Source: Octopus sinensis
Lineage: Eukaryota
DNA: 64,000 nucleotides
NCBI RefSeq assembly: GCF_006345805.1
Contig: NC_043012.1
Coordinates: forward strand, 22,010,001-22,074,000
Reading direction: 5' to 3'
Made by a program: the position numbers and the translations under genes. The notes below the pieces were generated by a model. The model searched no databases. It saw nothing but the letters and a program-made list of their open reading frames with translations, and had not been told where the DNA came from. Positions 12,201 to 23,444 of the stretch are shown here, in pieces (the first letter of the stretch is position 1; the number at the start of each line of letters is the position of its first letter).

Positions 12201-12389
12201 CCACTCACACACGAGAGAGTTTCTACGTAGTTACGCGATATGCTAGAAATAGCAACAAATTTCAAATCACATTTTATTCTTCTTAAAAGCTCACTTTATA
12301 TTTCTTAAAAACGGTACATTATAATAATGTAATCCAAGGTACACCTAAAACAATAGGGTAGGCTCCGACCAGACATATAAATAGAGAGA

Positions 12390-12553
12390 TGAGAGAGAGA
12401 GCGAGGAGAAAAAAAGGGAGAGCGAGCGAGGAGAAAAAGAGGGAGAGAGAGAGAGAGAGTCACGAAGGAAAAACTGCAGTTCGTATTTATATGTATATCT
12501 GGGTATACGCGCGTGGTATACGATACAATGAGAGAAGAGAAGAGAGAAAATGA

Positions 12554-12602
<49 letters not shown>

Positions 12603-12682
12603 TGTGTGTGTGTGTATGTGCATCTGTGCATGCATGTATGTGTGCATGCTTGTGTACATAACAGAGTGAATGAGTGTGTGTA

Positions 12683-12713
<31 letters not shown>

Positions 12714-12741
12714 TATAGAGATAGGGAGAGAGAGAGAGAGC

Positions 12742-12800
<59 letters not shown>
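12390..12800. repeat. Compound (GA)n/(GT)n microsatellites
   Basis: Read directly. Source of the LSLSLS ORFs. Confidence 0.9.
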
Positions 12801-12801
<1 letters not shown>

Positions 12802-13008
12802 AGACAGTGTGGAAGGAAAGCTTGTGAACGTCTTAATATGTACATCTTTGAGCGCATGCGTAAAGTCTGCGTATGAGTGATTAAATGTGTGTATGCGTGT
12901 GTATGTGTATGTGTATGTGTATGTATGTGTGTGGTGTGTATGCGCGTGCGAGTGAGTGTGTACGTGTGAGTTCCTTTTTTTTTTGTTTTCTTTCAGTACT
13001 AATCTTAC

Positions 13009-13209
13009 TGTTCGAAAGGCGCTCATACATATTTTTATAAGTTTGGTCTTGGAAACAATACGGAACCACCGAACTCGATATGACGATAGAGATCCATGTG
13101 TTCTTGGAGGGCGTTTTGATTGCTTCATTAACAGTTCGAGTGACACCACTTGCAGACTCGTCACACGCTACATTGTAATCAAGGATAACATATTTCAGCA
13201 TCGTTGCTT
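13009..13209 (-). CDS. Candidate 201-nt internal coding exon (phase 1-1) of an unidentified host gene
   Basis: Unique sequence between microsatellites. Acceptor TAATTATGTTTCTACAG, donor ACA|GTAAGA. The frame is open with natural composition: (E)ATMLKYVILDYNVACDESASGVTRTVNEAIKTPSKNTWISIVISSSVVPYCFQDQTYKNMYERLSN. Confidence 0.5.
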
Positions 13210-13281
13210 CTGTAGAAACATAATTACCAATTTTTGTTTGCAGGAAAGCATTCAAAATTGTTGCCAAGAGGTCGTACATGT

Positions 13282-13283
<2 letters not shown>

Positions 13284-13347
<64 letters not shown>

Positions 13348-13372
13348 ATCTATCTATCTATCTATATATCTA

Positions 13373-13421
<49 letters not shown>

Positions 13422-13600
13422 GTGTCTATCTGTGTGTCTGTCTGCCTGCTTGCTTGCTTGCCTGTGTGTCTGTATGTCTGCGTGTCTGTCTGTCTGTATA
13501 TGTGTTTCTCTGTTCGTCTATGTATCAGTATATGCATGTGTGCATATATTTGTATGTATAAGTGTATCTATATGTGTGAATGTGTGTGTGTGTGTGTGTA
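13284..13600. repeat. (TATC)/(TGTC)/(TG)n microsatellite
   Basis: Read directly. Confidence 0.9.
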
Positions 13601-13606
13601 TACACA

Positions 13607-13775
13607 GGCACAGAACTGGCTGTGTGGTAAGAAGCTTGCTTCCCAACCACATAGGTCCGGGTTCAGTCCCACTGCGTGGCACATTTGGCAAGTGTCTTCT
13701 ACTTTAGCCTCACACCGATTAAAGCCTTGTGAGTGGATTTGGTAGACGGAAACTGAAAGAAGCCCGTCGTATATA
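13607..13775 (+). mobile_element. CORE-SINE head running into the assembly gap
   Basis: GGCTGTGTGGTAAGAAGCTTGCTTCCCAACCAC..GAAACTGAAAGAAGCCCGTCGTATA. Confidence 0.85.
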
Positions 13776-13786
13776 ATAGAGTATAA

Positions 13787-13886
13787 NNNNNNNNNNNNNN
13801 NNNNNNNNNNNNNNNNNNNNNNNNNNNNNNNNNNNNNNNNNNNNNNNNNNNNNNNNNNNNNNNNNNNNNNNNNNNNNNNNNNNNNN
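13787..13886. other. Scaffold gap (100 N)
   Basis: A run of exactly 100 N. The true gap size is unknown. Confidence 0.99.
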
Positions 13887-14203
13887 AACTTGAATCAACG
13901 AAAAACGTTCACCAACATTTATAGTCCATCTACAGTGCTTTTCTTGCAAAACATGATACAGAATGAAGTTCCAGAAAACTCAAACTGCCAGAGACTTCAA
14001 ATTTCCAAGGACTGACCAGCCATCTGATTTGACAACATCGTTCACTGCTTGAAAATACACGATATTCTATACAAGCTTTTCAGATGATCGTGTTTTCATA
14101 GCATGAAACTAACGGTAGCTCGAATTTAAACCCTGATATTTATGTCTCACTGGATAGAATACTTTTTGTTGATACCACCAATAACGGAACAGTACATTCC
14201 ATT

Positions 14204-14258
<55 letters not shown>

Positions 14259-14374
14259 GTATATATATATAGATAAATAGATAGACAGACAGACATATAG
14301 ACAGAAAGATAGATACATACATACTTGCATGCATACATACATACATACATTCGTACATACACACCAAATGCAGA

Positions 14375-14700
14375 AAAAGAGCAACCAAATATCTGATGCA
14401 CAAAAGGGATAGAGGTGCACGTAAAGCTGTAAAATGTGACAACCGATGCAGACTGTGGAGTCAACACTGAAGATATCACCCACATCATAAGCAGTTGTCC
14501 CAAAAATGTCATCACGGTATTATCTAACGATGAGACATGATGGCGTAGCTACGACACTGTATAAAGAGATCTGTCAGAAAGATAACCCCGAGTACAAAGA
14601 AGGCTTCTCAAAACTAGGAGGAGAAAGCTGATTCGAAAACTGCAGATCCAATCCATCACTGGAACTGTAAACATCTGTAAAACTTACCTGAAATTTATCA
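14375..14700 (+). mobile_element. R4/Dong-like RLE LINE fragment (CCHC knuckle and C-terminus), family C
   Basis: KYLMHKRDR..CDNRCRL / EDITHIISSCP / KMSSRYYLTMRHDGVA and QIQSITGTVNICKTYLKF, read across frameshifts. Confidence 0.65.
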
Positions 14701-14799
14701 TTTAACTGTATATAAGCATGACTAGATATGCAAGTATATGCATGAGAAGACATATCCCCCCCCAAAAAAAGAGGCATACAAATCTGCTCGTATACATAC

Positions 14800-14905
14800 A
14801 AAAATACCCCGTTGATGTTGAAATTTCAATGAAGGAGCTTTGGACCTAGGTTAGAAACCGGCTCTTTATTGGCAAGAAATCTTGAAATAAAACTGAATAA
14901 TGACT
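14800..14905 (+). repeat. Short dispersed repeat (second copy at 21045-21152)
   Basis: AAAAATACCC..CAATGAAGGAGC..CTAGGTT..GGCTCTTT..CAAGAAATCTTGAAATAAAACTGAA occurs twice. Confidence 0.75.
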
Positions 14906-14928
14906 CATATAATATACATATAACATAG

Positions 14929-16921
14929 ACACCCCCTGCGAGAATGGACTGACCGATCGACTGTAAATAGTAGAGTAGCGACCTGAGTGAAATGGAAAGG
15001 AGAGTAGGCGTTAATCGCAGAAAGTCGTAAGGTGTCGTTTTGGTAGTTTCTCGGAATATCGTTTGTTGGTTTGTGTATAGATGGTGGAGAGTTTGTTGGA
15101 TTGCTACACTGTTGTTGTTGCCCTGCTTCGGTATATATTTCATTGTTACTACAGGATTATAGTGTAAAAAAACAGTATCGTCATAGCAATTGGTGATACA
15201 ACAATATTGGTGACGAGGATTCGAAGCTCATATAGGTCAGTTAATAAATTTTTTTTATATAAAGTTGTTAATGATGGAAGACCTATTAGTTTCTATAAGA
15301 CAGTTGCAAACGCAGCAGCGAGAACAGCAACAGATGTGGCAGAAACAACTACTTCAGGAAGAAGAAAAACAACACCAATTAATGGAACTATGTCTTAAGA
15401 AGTCTGGAAACACTATAAGTTCGTTTTCACCAGACGGCGAATCGAACTCTATAAAAGAATTCAGTTATAACCCAGAGGAGGGCGTAACGTTTGCGGCGTT
15501 CTTTAGAAGGTACGAAGAAATCTTCAGAGGAGATTTGCAAGTCGTGGACGGACAAGGAAAAAGTAAGACTATTATTACGTAAATTAGCTCCGTCAGAATA
15601 TGAAAAAATATTGTAATTTTATACTACTCCAAAAAACTAGTGAACTTTGTTTTCAGGAAACAGTCGAATTACTATCAAAAATTTTCAGTGATATGAGTTC
15701 ACTATTTAACATTCGATGGGAGTGTTTGAATCTACTTAAAAGAGAAGATGAAAACTTTGCCACGCATGCCGGGACCATAAACAGAATGTGCGTAAGGTTT
15801 AAACTGAAGGAAATAACTCCTGATATGTTTAAGTGCCTCATTTTTGTACGAGCGCTAACTCAGTCCTTAAGGGTGTGCAGAATAACGCCCAATCCAAATA
15901 GCATTTCAGGTAAGTTGCTTGCAGAGCTGATGTTCGCTCTTCGGCATATTGTTGCCAAAGAAAAAAAAAATCGCGTGTAGAGAATAAACAAAAAAATCAT
16001 TTTGTCGGAAACAAAATCCATTTCAAAGTATAGAAGAACGGTAAAGAGAGAATTAGCAGAATGGTGTAGTGACTAAAAGAAATGGAAACATGACGTATTT
16101 AATAAAAGGCCAACGATGGTGGAGTGGGGGAGGTCATAAACGACACCTAAATCAATTAAAAATCATACATACAGAAGAAAGGAAGGAAATTCCAATTGAA
16201 GTGTATTACATGTTCGATATGTCAGCACCGAAAGAGATTGAGCCTAGAAGGAGCAGGAACAGAAAACGTAAACAGACAGAACATCTAGAAATAATTCCTG
16301 AGCTGGAATGATACTGAACTCCTTAGGGAAGCAAAATTTCAAAAAAAAAAAAAAAAAAAAAGGCAGAGGTGTTGAAAAGAAAGAAAAAAAGTTTCGTTTC
16401 CTTCAGAAGTCGAAATCTGAAAAGTGGAGATGCTGTGACAAGAGTCACAACACCCCCTGCGACTATAGACTTGACCGAACGACTATAAATAGTATTACGG
16501 AGATGTACTCGCGTAGCAAGTGATTTGATCTGAGATCGTAGGCTGAAATGAAAACAATTGTAGCGTGGAAGGTGTTTGTAAGCCATTTAAGAAACACACA
16601 AAAGCCGTTCGATTCACTTCAACATTTAAGTTTAATTTGTCAAAATATTTTCGTCGCTAAAATCCGCGACCTGTTCATTGACAAAAATCCGTGCTGCATC
16701 TCGTAGCGGTCTGAGTAAGAAAAGGGAGAGTCGGCGTTAAATCACAGGAAGTGGTAAGATGTCGATTTGGTAGTTTGTCAGAATAGCATTTGTTGGTTCG
16801 TGTGTTGTTCGTGGAGAGTTTGTTGGATTACGTTGTTGTTACCCTGCTTCGTTATAAATTTTATTGTTACTACACGGTTAGAGTGTAAAAAAGTATCGTC
16901 GTAGCAATTGGCGATACGACA
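14929..16921 (+). mobile_element. Ty3/Gypsy (Mag/K02A2.6-like) LTR retrotransposon with a large internal deletion
   Basis: 5' LTR 14929-15203 (left end lost; ends ACAACA), PBS TGGTGACGAGGA, gag motifs FSYNPEEGVTFAAFFRRYEEIF and SLFNIRWECLNL..DMFKCLIFV, integrase tail RITPNPNS..AELMF and RHLNQL, purine tract, then 3' LTR 16431-16921 (TG..CA). Confidence 0.88.
16497..16702 (-). mobile_element. ~205-bp segment present only in the 3' LTR (possible Penelope-pLTR-like insert)
   Basis: Absent from the 5' LTR alignment. It carries a hammerhead-like scaffold at 16636-16685. Confidence 0.45.
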
Positions 16922-16924
16922 TAC

Positions 16925-17100
16925 ATACGTGTGTGTGTGTGTCTGTGTTCGTCCCCCCACCACTGCTTGACAACCGGTGGTAGTGTGTTTACATCCCCGT
17001 AATTTAGCGGTTTAGTCAAAGGGACCGATAGAATAAGTATCAGGCTTATAAAAAGAAAGTACTGGGGTCGATATGACTGAAACAAGTGAAAGATAAAAGA
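16925..17100 (+). mobile_element. CORE-SINE 3' half
   Basis: GCTTGACAACCGG..GATAGAATAAGTA..GGGGTCGAT..TGACTGAAACAAGT, matching the full copies. Confidence 0.75.
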
Positions 17101-17145
17101 TAGATACATTTACATATATGTAAATGCACGCGCGCGCACGCACAC

Positions 17146-17169
<24 letters not shown>

Positions 17170-17176
<7 letters not shown>

Positions 17177-17372
17177 TGGGAGAGTTTACGAAAAAAACAA
17201 AAGACGAAGACAGGTGGTGTACAAAACAAACAGATGTATTAGTATAACGCTCAGGAATAGAGAAGTCTTTTACGTTTCGAGCCTACGCTCTTCTACAGAA
17301 AGGGACACAGAAAAGACAAGGAGAGAAAAAAATGCGTGTAGTGGCTAACGATTTATCATGGCGACTGACGAC
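17170..17372 (-). mobile_element. Non-autonomous Penelope-pLTR-like repeat carrying a hammerhead variant (other copies at 36770-36945 and 63380-63605; partial duplicate at 17585-17657)
   Basis: Shared core AGTCTTT(T/A)ACGTTTCGAGCCTACGCT(C/T)TTC(T/A)ACAGAAAG in three dispersed copies. Confidence 0.6.
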
Positions 17373-17416
<44 letters not shown>

Positions 17417-17656
17417 AGCCGATGTAGACGTTAGTTGGTTGAAGTCTACAGTCAGGGTTTATAGCATATAGAGAGAAGGTAAAATACAGATACAGAGAGA
17501 GTTAAACTAGGCACTGCTGGATGAGTGCACATATTAGGCTTGATGGCACGCAATGAGTAAACGTACGCTACACAAACTTATACAGTGAAAGACAAGGAGA
17601 GAAACAAGGAGAGAAAAAAATGCGTGTAGTGGCTAACGATTATCATGGCGACTGAC

Positions 17657-17734
<78 letters not shown>

Positions 17735-17859
17735 TGTACACGCACATACACATGTTCATATTCCAGCATACACACTCTGGCTTACATGGTAAGTAATTGG
17801 ATTTTTGGTCGGTTTCGGGGATGTGTAATCAGCTCTTAGCGCCACTAAACTATCTGCTC

Positions 17860-18125
17860 ATTGAATTAACGTATACGCTGGCTGAGTACACAGACATGTG
17901 TACCCTTAACAAAATGCTCTGGTGGAATCATTGTGACACAATGTGCGACAAGGTTGTAATTTTGAATTAGAGGTATGATCTATCCGAAGGACTTCTGCGT
18001 ACTTTCCGTTTCCGCAATTCGATTCACAACGCACGACTCAAGCCAAAAAAATGACCAAGATGACAGGCAGTGGATCGAACACGAAACATCGTGTATGCAT
18101 AGCGAACATCAAAACCATTAGGGCC
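17860..18125 (-). mobile_element. Highly degenerate SINE with tail Y
   Basis: AATTAACGT..GGCTGAGTAC..ACAGACA.GTGTACCCTTAAC..GTGACACA..GACAAGG is the reverse of tail Y. Confidence 0.55.
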
Positions 18126-19040
18126 AGACTTTGGATATGAATGCATGCTCATGTGTAAGCATATATACATGACTACATATGCATATACGTACAGTCCCTA
18201 CATACATACGGACATATATATATATATACACATACCTACATACATATACACTCATAGATACATGCACATATACGTACAAATTATACATACATGTATAAAG
18301 ACATACACGCATACCAACTTGTACACATACATACTAACAGCACATATATTTAAATAGACATACAATAAATACATACACGTATATATACATTCCTACCTAC
18401 CTACATACATACAAGCATCTATACATATGCAATGTGGACATTCGGCCAAAAATTTACTCGTCAAAGCGCCATAACCGAGCTATCATTCAACGAAATCACA
18501 TCCTCAGAGCGAACTCTTCTCTCGGCAATCCTTCTTTCTTTACCGAACAGGTGTTCAAACAATGATCTGTTCACAGCCAAAGATTGGGACAGAAAAACTA
18601 TGGGATTGGATCAAGTGGATATTGATTATCTCCAGTTGGTTAACCGACATATCTGGTCTGTTTGCTGACGGGGGTTTGTGTGTATTTCGAAATACAAAGA
18701 AATATAGAGACATGTACAGAAGTAGAAAAACAGATTGCCAGAAAGACAGACAAGCAGGCAGGCAGGCAGACAGGCAGGCAGACAGGCAGGCATGTATGTA
18801 TGTATGTATGTATGTATGTATGTCTTTGTATGTATATGCATCTCTGTATGTGTGTATATATATATCTTTGTATGTATATGCTTCTCTGTATGTATATATA
18901 TATATATATATATACAAGCAAAGGTATATAGGTACATAAAATAAAAAAGCATACACACATTCATATGTATGTATATATATATACAGAGAGAGGAGAGATA
19001 CCAGAGCACACGACAAACATATACATATATATATATATAC

Positions 19041-19085
<45 letters not shown>

Positions 19086-19097
19086 CATACACACACA

Positions 19098-19133
<36 letters not shown>

Positions 19134-19150
19134 TATTTATATATATATAC

Positions 19151-19307
19151 AGTGGCTGTGTGGTAAGTAGCTTGCTTACGGACCACATGGTTCCGGGTTC
19201 AATCCCATTGCGTGTGACCTTGGGCAAGTGTCTTCTACTATAGCCGCGGGATGACCAAAGCCTTGTTAGTGGATTTGGTAGACGGAAGTTGAAAGAAGCC
19301 CCTCGTA

Positions 19308-19367
<60 letters not shown>

Positions 19368-19558
19368 GGTTTGTGCACCCAAAATCACTTGACAACCGAT
19401 GCTGGTGTGTTTACGTCCCCGTAACTTAGAGGTTCGGCAAAAGATACCGATAGAATAAGTACTAGGCTTACAAAGAATAAGACCTGGTGTCGATTTACTC
19501 GACTAAAGGTCGTGCTCCAGCATGGTCACAGTCAAATGTCTGAAACGAGTAAAAGAGT
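19151..19558 (+). mobile_element. Full-length CORE-SINE with internal (TA)n(TG)n
   Basis: tRNA-like head, CCTTGGGCAAGTGTC core, internal microsatellite, and tail GTGCTCCAGCATGG..TGAAAC..AAAAGAG. Confidence 0.9.
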
Positions 19559-19701
19559 ATACATACATACACATATACATATATATGCATACATATGCAT
19601 AGATATACATATATATATACACACATATTCATACATACACATATATACATACATACATATATATATACACATATACATACACACACATATATATATATAT
19701 A

Positions 19702-20993
19702 CAGTTGCGTCCAAAATGTTCAGAACGGCATTGTTTTCGTCAGAAAAGTAAGTATAAGTTTTTTATCAAAGTAGGTTTATATTCTATAATTTTCACAGAC
19801 AATAAATACGATATTATTTGTTATTGTCTGAGATTTTGGTGTAATTTGAGAGGATAATACAAAAGTTATGGATGATTTAGTGATTTACTGCAAAACCCAT
19901 GGCGGCCAAAAGGATCAGAACGGTTGAAAAAATAACAAAATAATAAAAAGTGACAGAGAGCAGGCCAATTCATAACAATAACCTTTTCAGCCTTAAGGAA
20001 GTTCATGACCACCTTAGCCTTGTGACATGGGGCATTGTCCTGCATGAATATGGGTGGTCGCTTAGTTGAATTTCTCAGCACAGGCAAGACATGATATTTT
20101 ACTAGTTGTTTATACACTCCTGCATTTACCTTTCCATGTAATCGCACCAAAGGGCCCACACCATCTCCAGATATCATCCCCCAAACCATGACACTTCCTC
20201 CGCCGAATTTAACACTAGTCTTAAGGCATTTAGGCGACAATTTTTCACCTACTTTTCTACGAACGTACCTTTTCCCATCTGAGCCAAATAACATAAACTT
20301 AGATTCATCACTGAAATGCACCGTTTGCCATTTTTCTTGAGACCACAACACATGTTTGGTTGCAAAGGTAAGACGACACTTTTTATTCTTGGAGCTGTTC
20401 AGTGGCTTCACTGCAGGTGCTCTTGCTTGTAGGTCATGTTCAACTAAACGACGAGACAGTTTCTCGAGATAAAGTTTTCTTCAATACAATGCTCATTTCC
20501 CGAGAAACAGCAGCAGTAGTTTTAAATTTGTCCTTTTTAACCAACTTTACCATAGCACGATCTGCTCTCTTGGTCGTTTTTCTTGGCCTACCTGTAAACT
20601 TTCTTGCTTCACACGAACCGCAATCATCGTAGACCTTAAGAATACCGTGTACAACACTTTTTGACTTGTTAACAATCTTTGCAATAGATCCAATACTTAA
20701 ATTATCCTTCCTTCGAAGCTTAATAATCTGCTGACGAATTGGTAACGGAGTAAGTGGCATTATATAAACAAAGTACACTGCAAATATTCTTACTAATGTT
20801 TAGTAAACGAACCGTCACGTAAACAAATTCAAAACATTAGAGTTCGCCGGTTAAATATACTAAAACACGGAGTAAAAGCAACCGTTCTGATCAATTTGGC
20901 CGCCATGGGTTTTGCAGTAAATCACTAAATCATCCATAACTTTTGTATTATCCTCTCAAATTACACCAAAATCTCAGGCAATAACAAATAATA
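19702..20993 (-). mobile_element. Tc1-family (IR/DR type) transposon, defective
   Basis: TA|CAGTTG left end. A 115-bp inverted match links 19812-19926 and 20879-20993. The transposase at 20760-19959 has an HTH region, TGRPRKT, FSDESKF, GGGSVMVWG and FMQDNAPCH, one frameshift near 20455, and is cut after NWPA. Confidence 0.93.
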
Positions 20994-21249
20994 GATAAAA
21001 CATACATCTGCACATGTATACATAGATACATACAAAATAAACAAAAATACCCTGTTGTTGAAGTTGAAATTGCAATGAAGGAGCCTTGGATCTAGGTTAA
21101 AAATCGGCTCTTTGTCTTTTGCCAAGAAATCTTGAAATAAAACTGAACAATCACATGCACACGTACATCACGTTAGGACTGTTAAGTATCGAAATGCATC
21201 GATAAATCAAAATTCAAAGGATCTATTCAGAAAGTGTCTCTCCATCGAT

Positions 21250-21560
21250 CACCAAAGTTCATGGCTGTCTGTCGGTTGAGATATCGAATGTTCCAATTGA
21301 TCGGATCAACCGCACAGCCTGCTCGTGAAATTAACGTGAAAATGGCTGAGTACTCCACAAACACGCGTAGCCTTAACGTAGATCTGAGAGAGAGTCGCCG
21401 TGACACAGATTGTGACAAAGATAGCCCTTCGAATTACAGGTAGGACTCATTTTTGCTGAGTTGTCTGGACTGGAGCAGCATGGGATAAAGTGCCATACTG
21501 AAGGACGCAACATGCCGCCAGGAACGAAATCATGAACAGAATACAGCGAGCCGAACACAG
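21250..21560 (-). mobile_element. Degenerate CORE-SINE with tail Y
   Basis: The reverse complement gives TTGCGTCCTTCAGTATGGCACTTT..CTCCAGTCC..AAAAATGAGT followed by tail Y. Confidence 0.7.
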
Positions 21561-21644
21561 TAAACTTTAAGCCACACATCTTCACATCATAAGCTCACTA
21601 CCAGTAAAATTGCCTCAAATGAAAAGATTTCAGCTGATCAGGAA

Positions 21645-21820
21645 ATAACAAAATACCCAATGCACAGTGAGCTTGGGATGCAGGAACAATAGTTAGGTGT
21701 GACAACCGATTCAGGTAGTGTAAGTAATAGGAAAAGTATGACTCACATCATAAGCAACTCTCCGATGCTATCTGCCTGTGTGGCATAACGCAAAGTCCAA
21801 AGCACTATGCAACAGAAGGT
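21645..21820 (+). mobile_element. Degenerate fragment of RLE LINE family C
   Basis: TKYPMH..VRCDNRFR..THIISNSPMLS parallels 14390-14520. Confidence 0.5.
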
Positions 21821-21897
21821 GGTAGTCTTATACTTTCAGTCGCTGGCACAATTTCCGGCTTAATGGATCTCTAACCTCAACTTATGCACATGCAGTC

Positions 21898-21974
<77 letters not shown>

Positions 21975-22186
21975 TAAGGACATACATAATACATAAGAAT
22001 ATAAGTTAAGTTAATTTTTGGGCTAAAAAAGCAAAAGGCAAGGCCATGTAGGGCGAAATGGAGTTATGTACAGGGAGGGTGTTCATGAAAAGAGTTCAGG
22101 CCATTTCTGGTCAAGAGAGACTTTGAACCGAGCGGTCGAATAAGTACTTCCATGCATATGTAAATACATACATCGACGTATATATG

Positions 22187-22880
22187 CCAGGGGGTACCTA
22201 AAAGAAACCGGAATATTATTTTATTCACTTAGTTTTATATGTCTACACTTTAATCGCTTTCAAAGTATTCTCCATTTGAAGCAATGCATCAGTCCAGACA
22301 CGTTTTCCACTATTCGAAGCAGCGTTGGAACTCTTGCAAAATGATGCCTTTTAACGTCTCCGTGTTTTTTTTTTCTCCAGCTCTTCCACATTTGTAAATT
22401 CCGTAGCACAGTTTGCGTCACCAGTGATGACCTTCAAAAAATGGTCCGGATCAACTTCCAACTGTTCTCTCAGTTCACGACACGCATTCAGTCGTGACTG
22501 CTTTTGATCTTCCGTAAGCAAGCGAGGAACAAATTTTGCTACAACTCATTTCATTCGCAATTCTTCACTCAAAATTCGTTGGCAGGAGTTCCAGAACACA
22601 CCAGTAATATCAATAAGTTCGTTAATTGCTCGGTAACGGTTCTCGTAGATCATTTCATGAATTTTCATTCGTTCAGGAGATCGGCGGTCACCCTGAACAA
22701 GGTTGGTCCTCAAGCGACAAGGAACCATTCTTAAAGCATGAAAAACACCCGTAAACTTGCGTTTTGCTGTTTGAAGCATGATAACTGTTTTGGCTGCCGT
22801 TTTCCCAATCAGAAATTTACGGAATTTTACGGAAGCGCGCTCTTCTTTCGTTTCAGCCATCGCAAAAATCAAAATGAGAG
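22187..22880 (-). mobile_element. Mariner-family transposon, internally deleted
   Basis: EERASVKF..GKTAAKTVIMLQTA; SCQRILSEELRMK; AKFVPRLLTEDQKQSRLNACREL..KVITGD fused to the C-terminal QEFQRCFE*WK..CIASNGEYFESD. One TIR-like end is CAGGGGGTACC.AAAAGAAACCGGAAT. Confidence 0.85.
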
Positions 22881-22951
22881 AAGCCTGAAGCCTGGACTAC
22901 AACGGGCTTGTTTCACAGAGAACGTTTCCAATTACGTTTCATACATATATA

Positions 22952-23362
22952 GGCGCAGGAGTGGCTGTGTGGTAAGTAGCTTGCTAACCAACCACATGGT
23001 TCCGGGTTCAGTCCCACTGCGTGGCATCTTGGGCAAGTGTCTTCTGCTATAGCCCCGGGCCGACCAATGCCTTGTGAGTGGATTTGGTAGACGGAAACTG
23101 AAAGAAGCCTGTCGTATATATGTATATATATATATGTGTGTGTGTTTGTGTGTCTGTGTTTGTCCCCCTAGCATTGCTTGACAACCGATGCTGGTGTGTT
23201 TACGTCCCCGTTACTTAGCGGTTCGGCAAAAAAGAGACCGATAGAATAAGTACTGGGCTTACAAAGAATAAGTCCCGGGATCGATTTGCTCGACTAAAGG
23301 CGCTGCTCCAGCATGGCCGCAGTGAAATGACTGAAACAAGTAAAAGAGTAAAAGAGTAAGAG
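22952..23362 (+). mobile_element. Full-length young CORE-SINE
   Basis: Nearly identical to 50964-51408 outside the internal microsatellite. Confidence 0.92.
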
Positions 23363-23413
23363 TATATACATATATGTATACATACATGCTTGTATAGATG
23401 CATAGATAGATAA

Positions 23414-23444
<31 letters not shown>

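Noticed and set aside
14684-14692. Strong minus-strand splice donor CAG|GTAAGT
   Set aside because: It lies inside the RLE-LINE C-terminal coding remnant on the opposite strand.
15903-15915. Plus-strand donor CAG|GTAAGT
   Set aside because: It lies within the Gypsy integrase-tail sequence, with no exon support.
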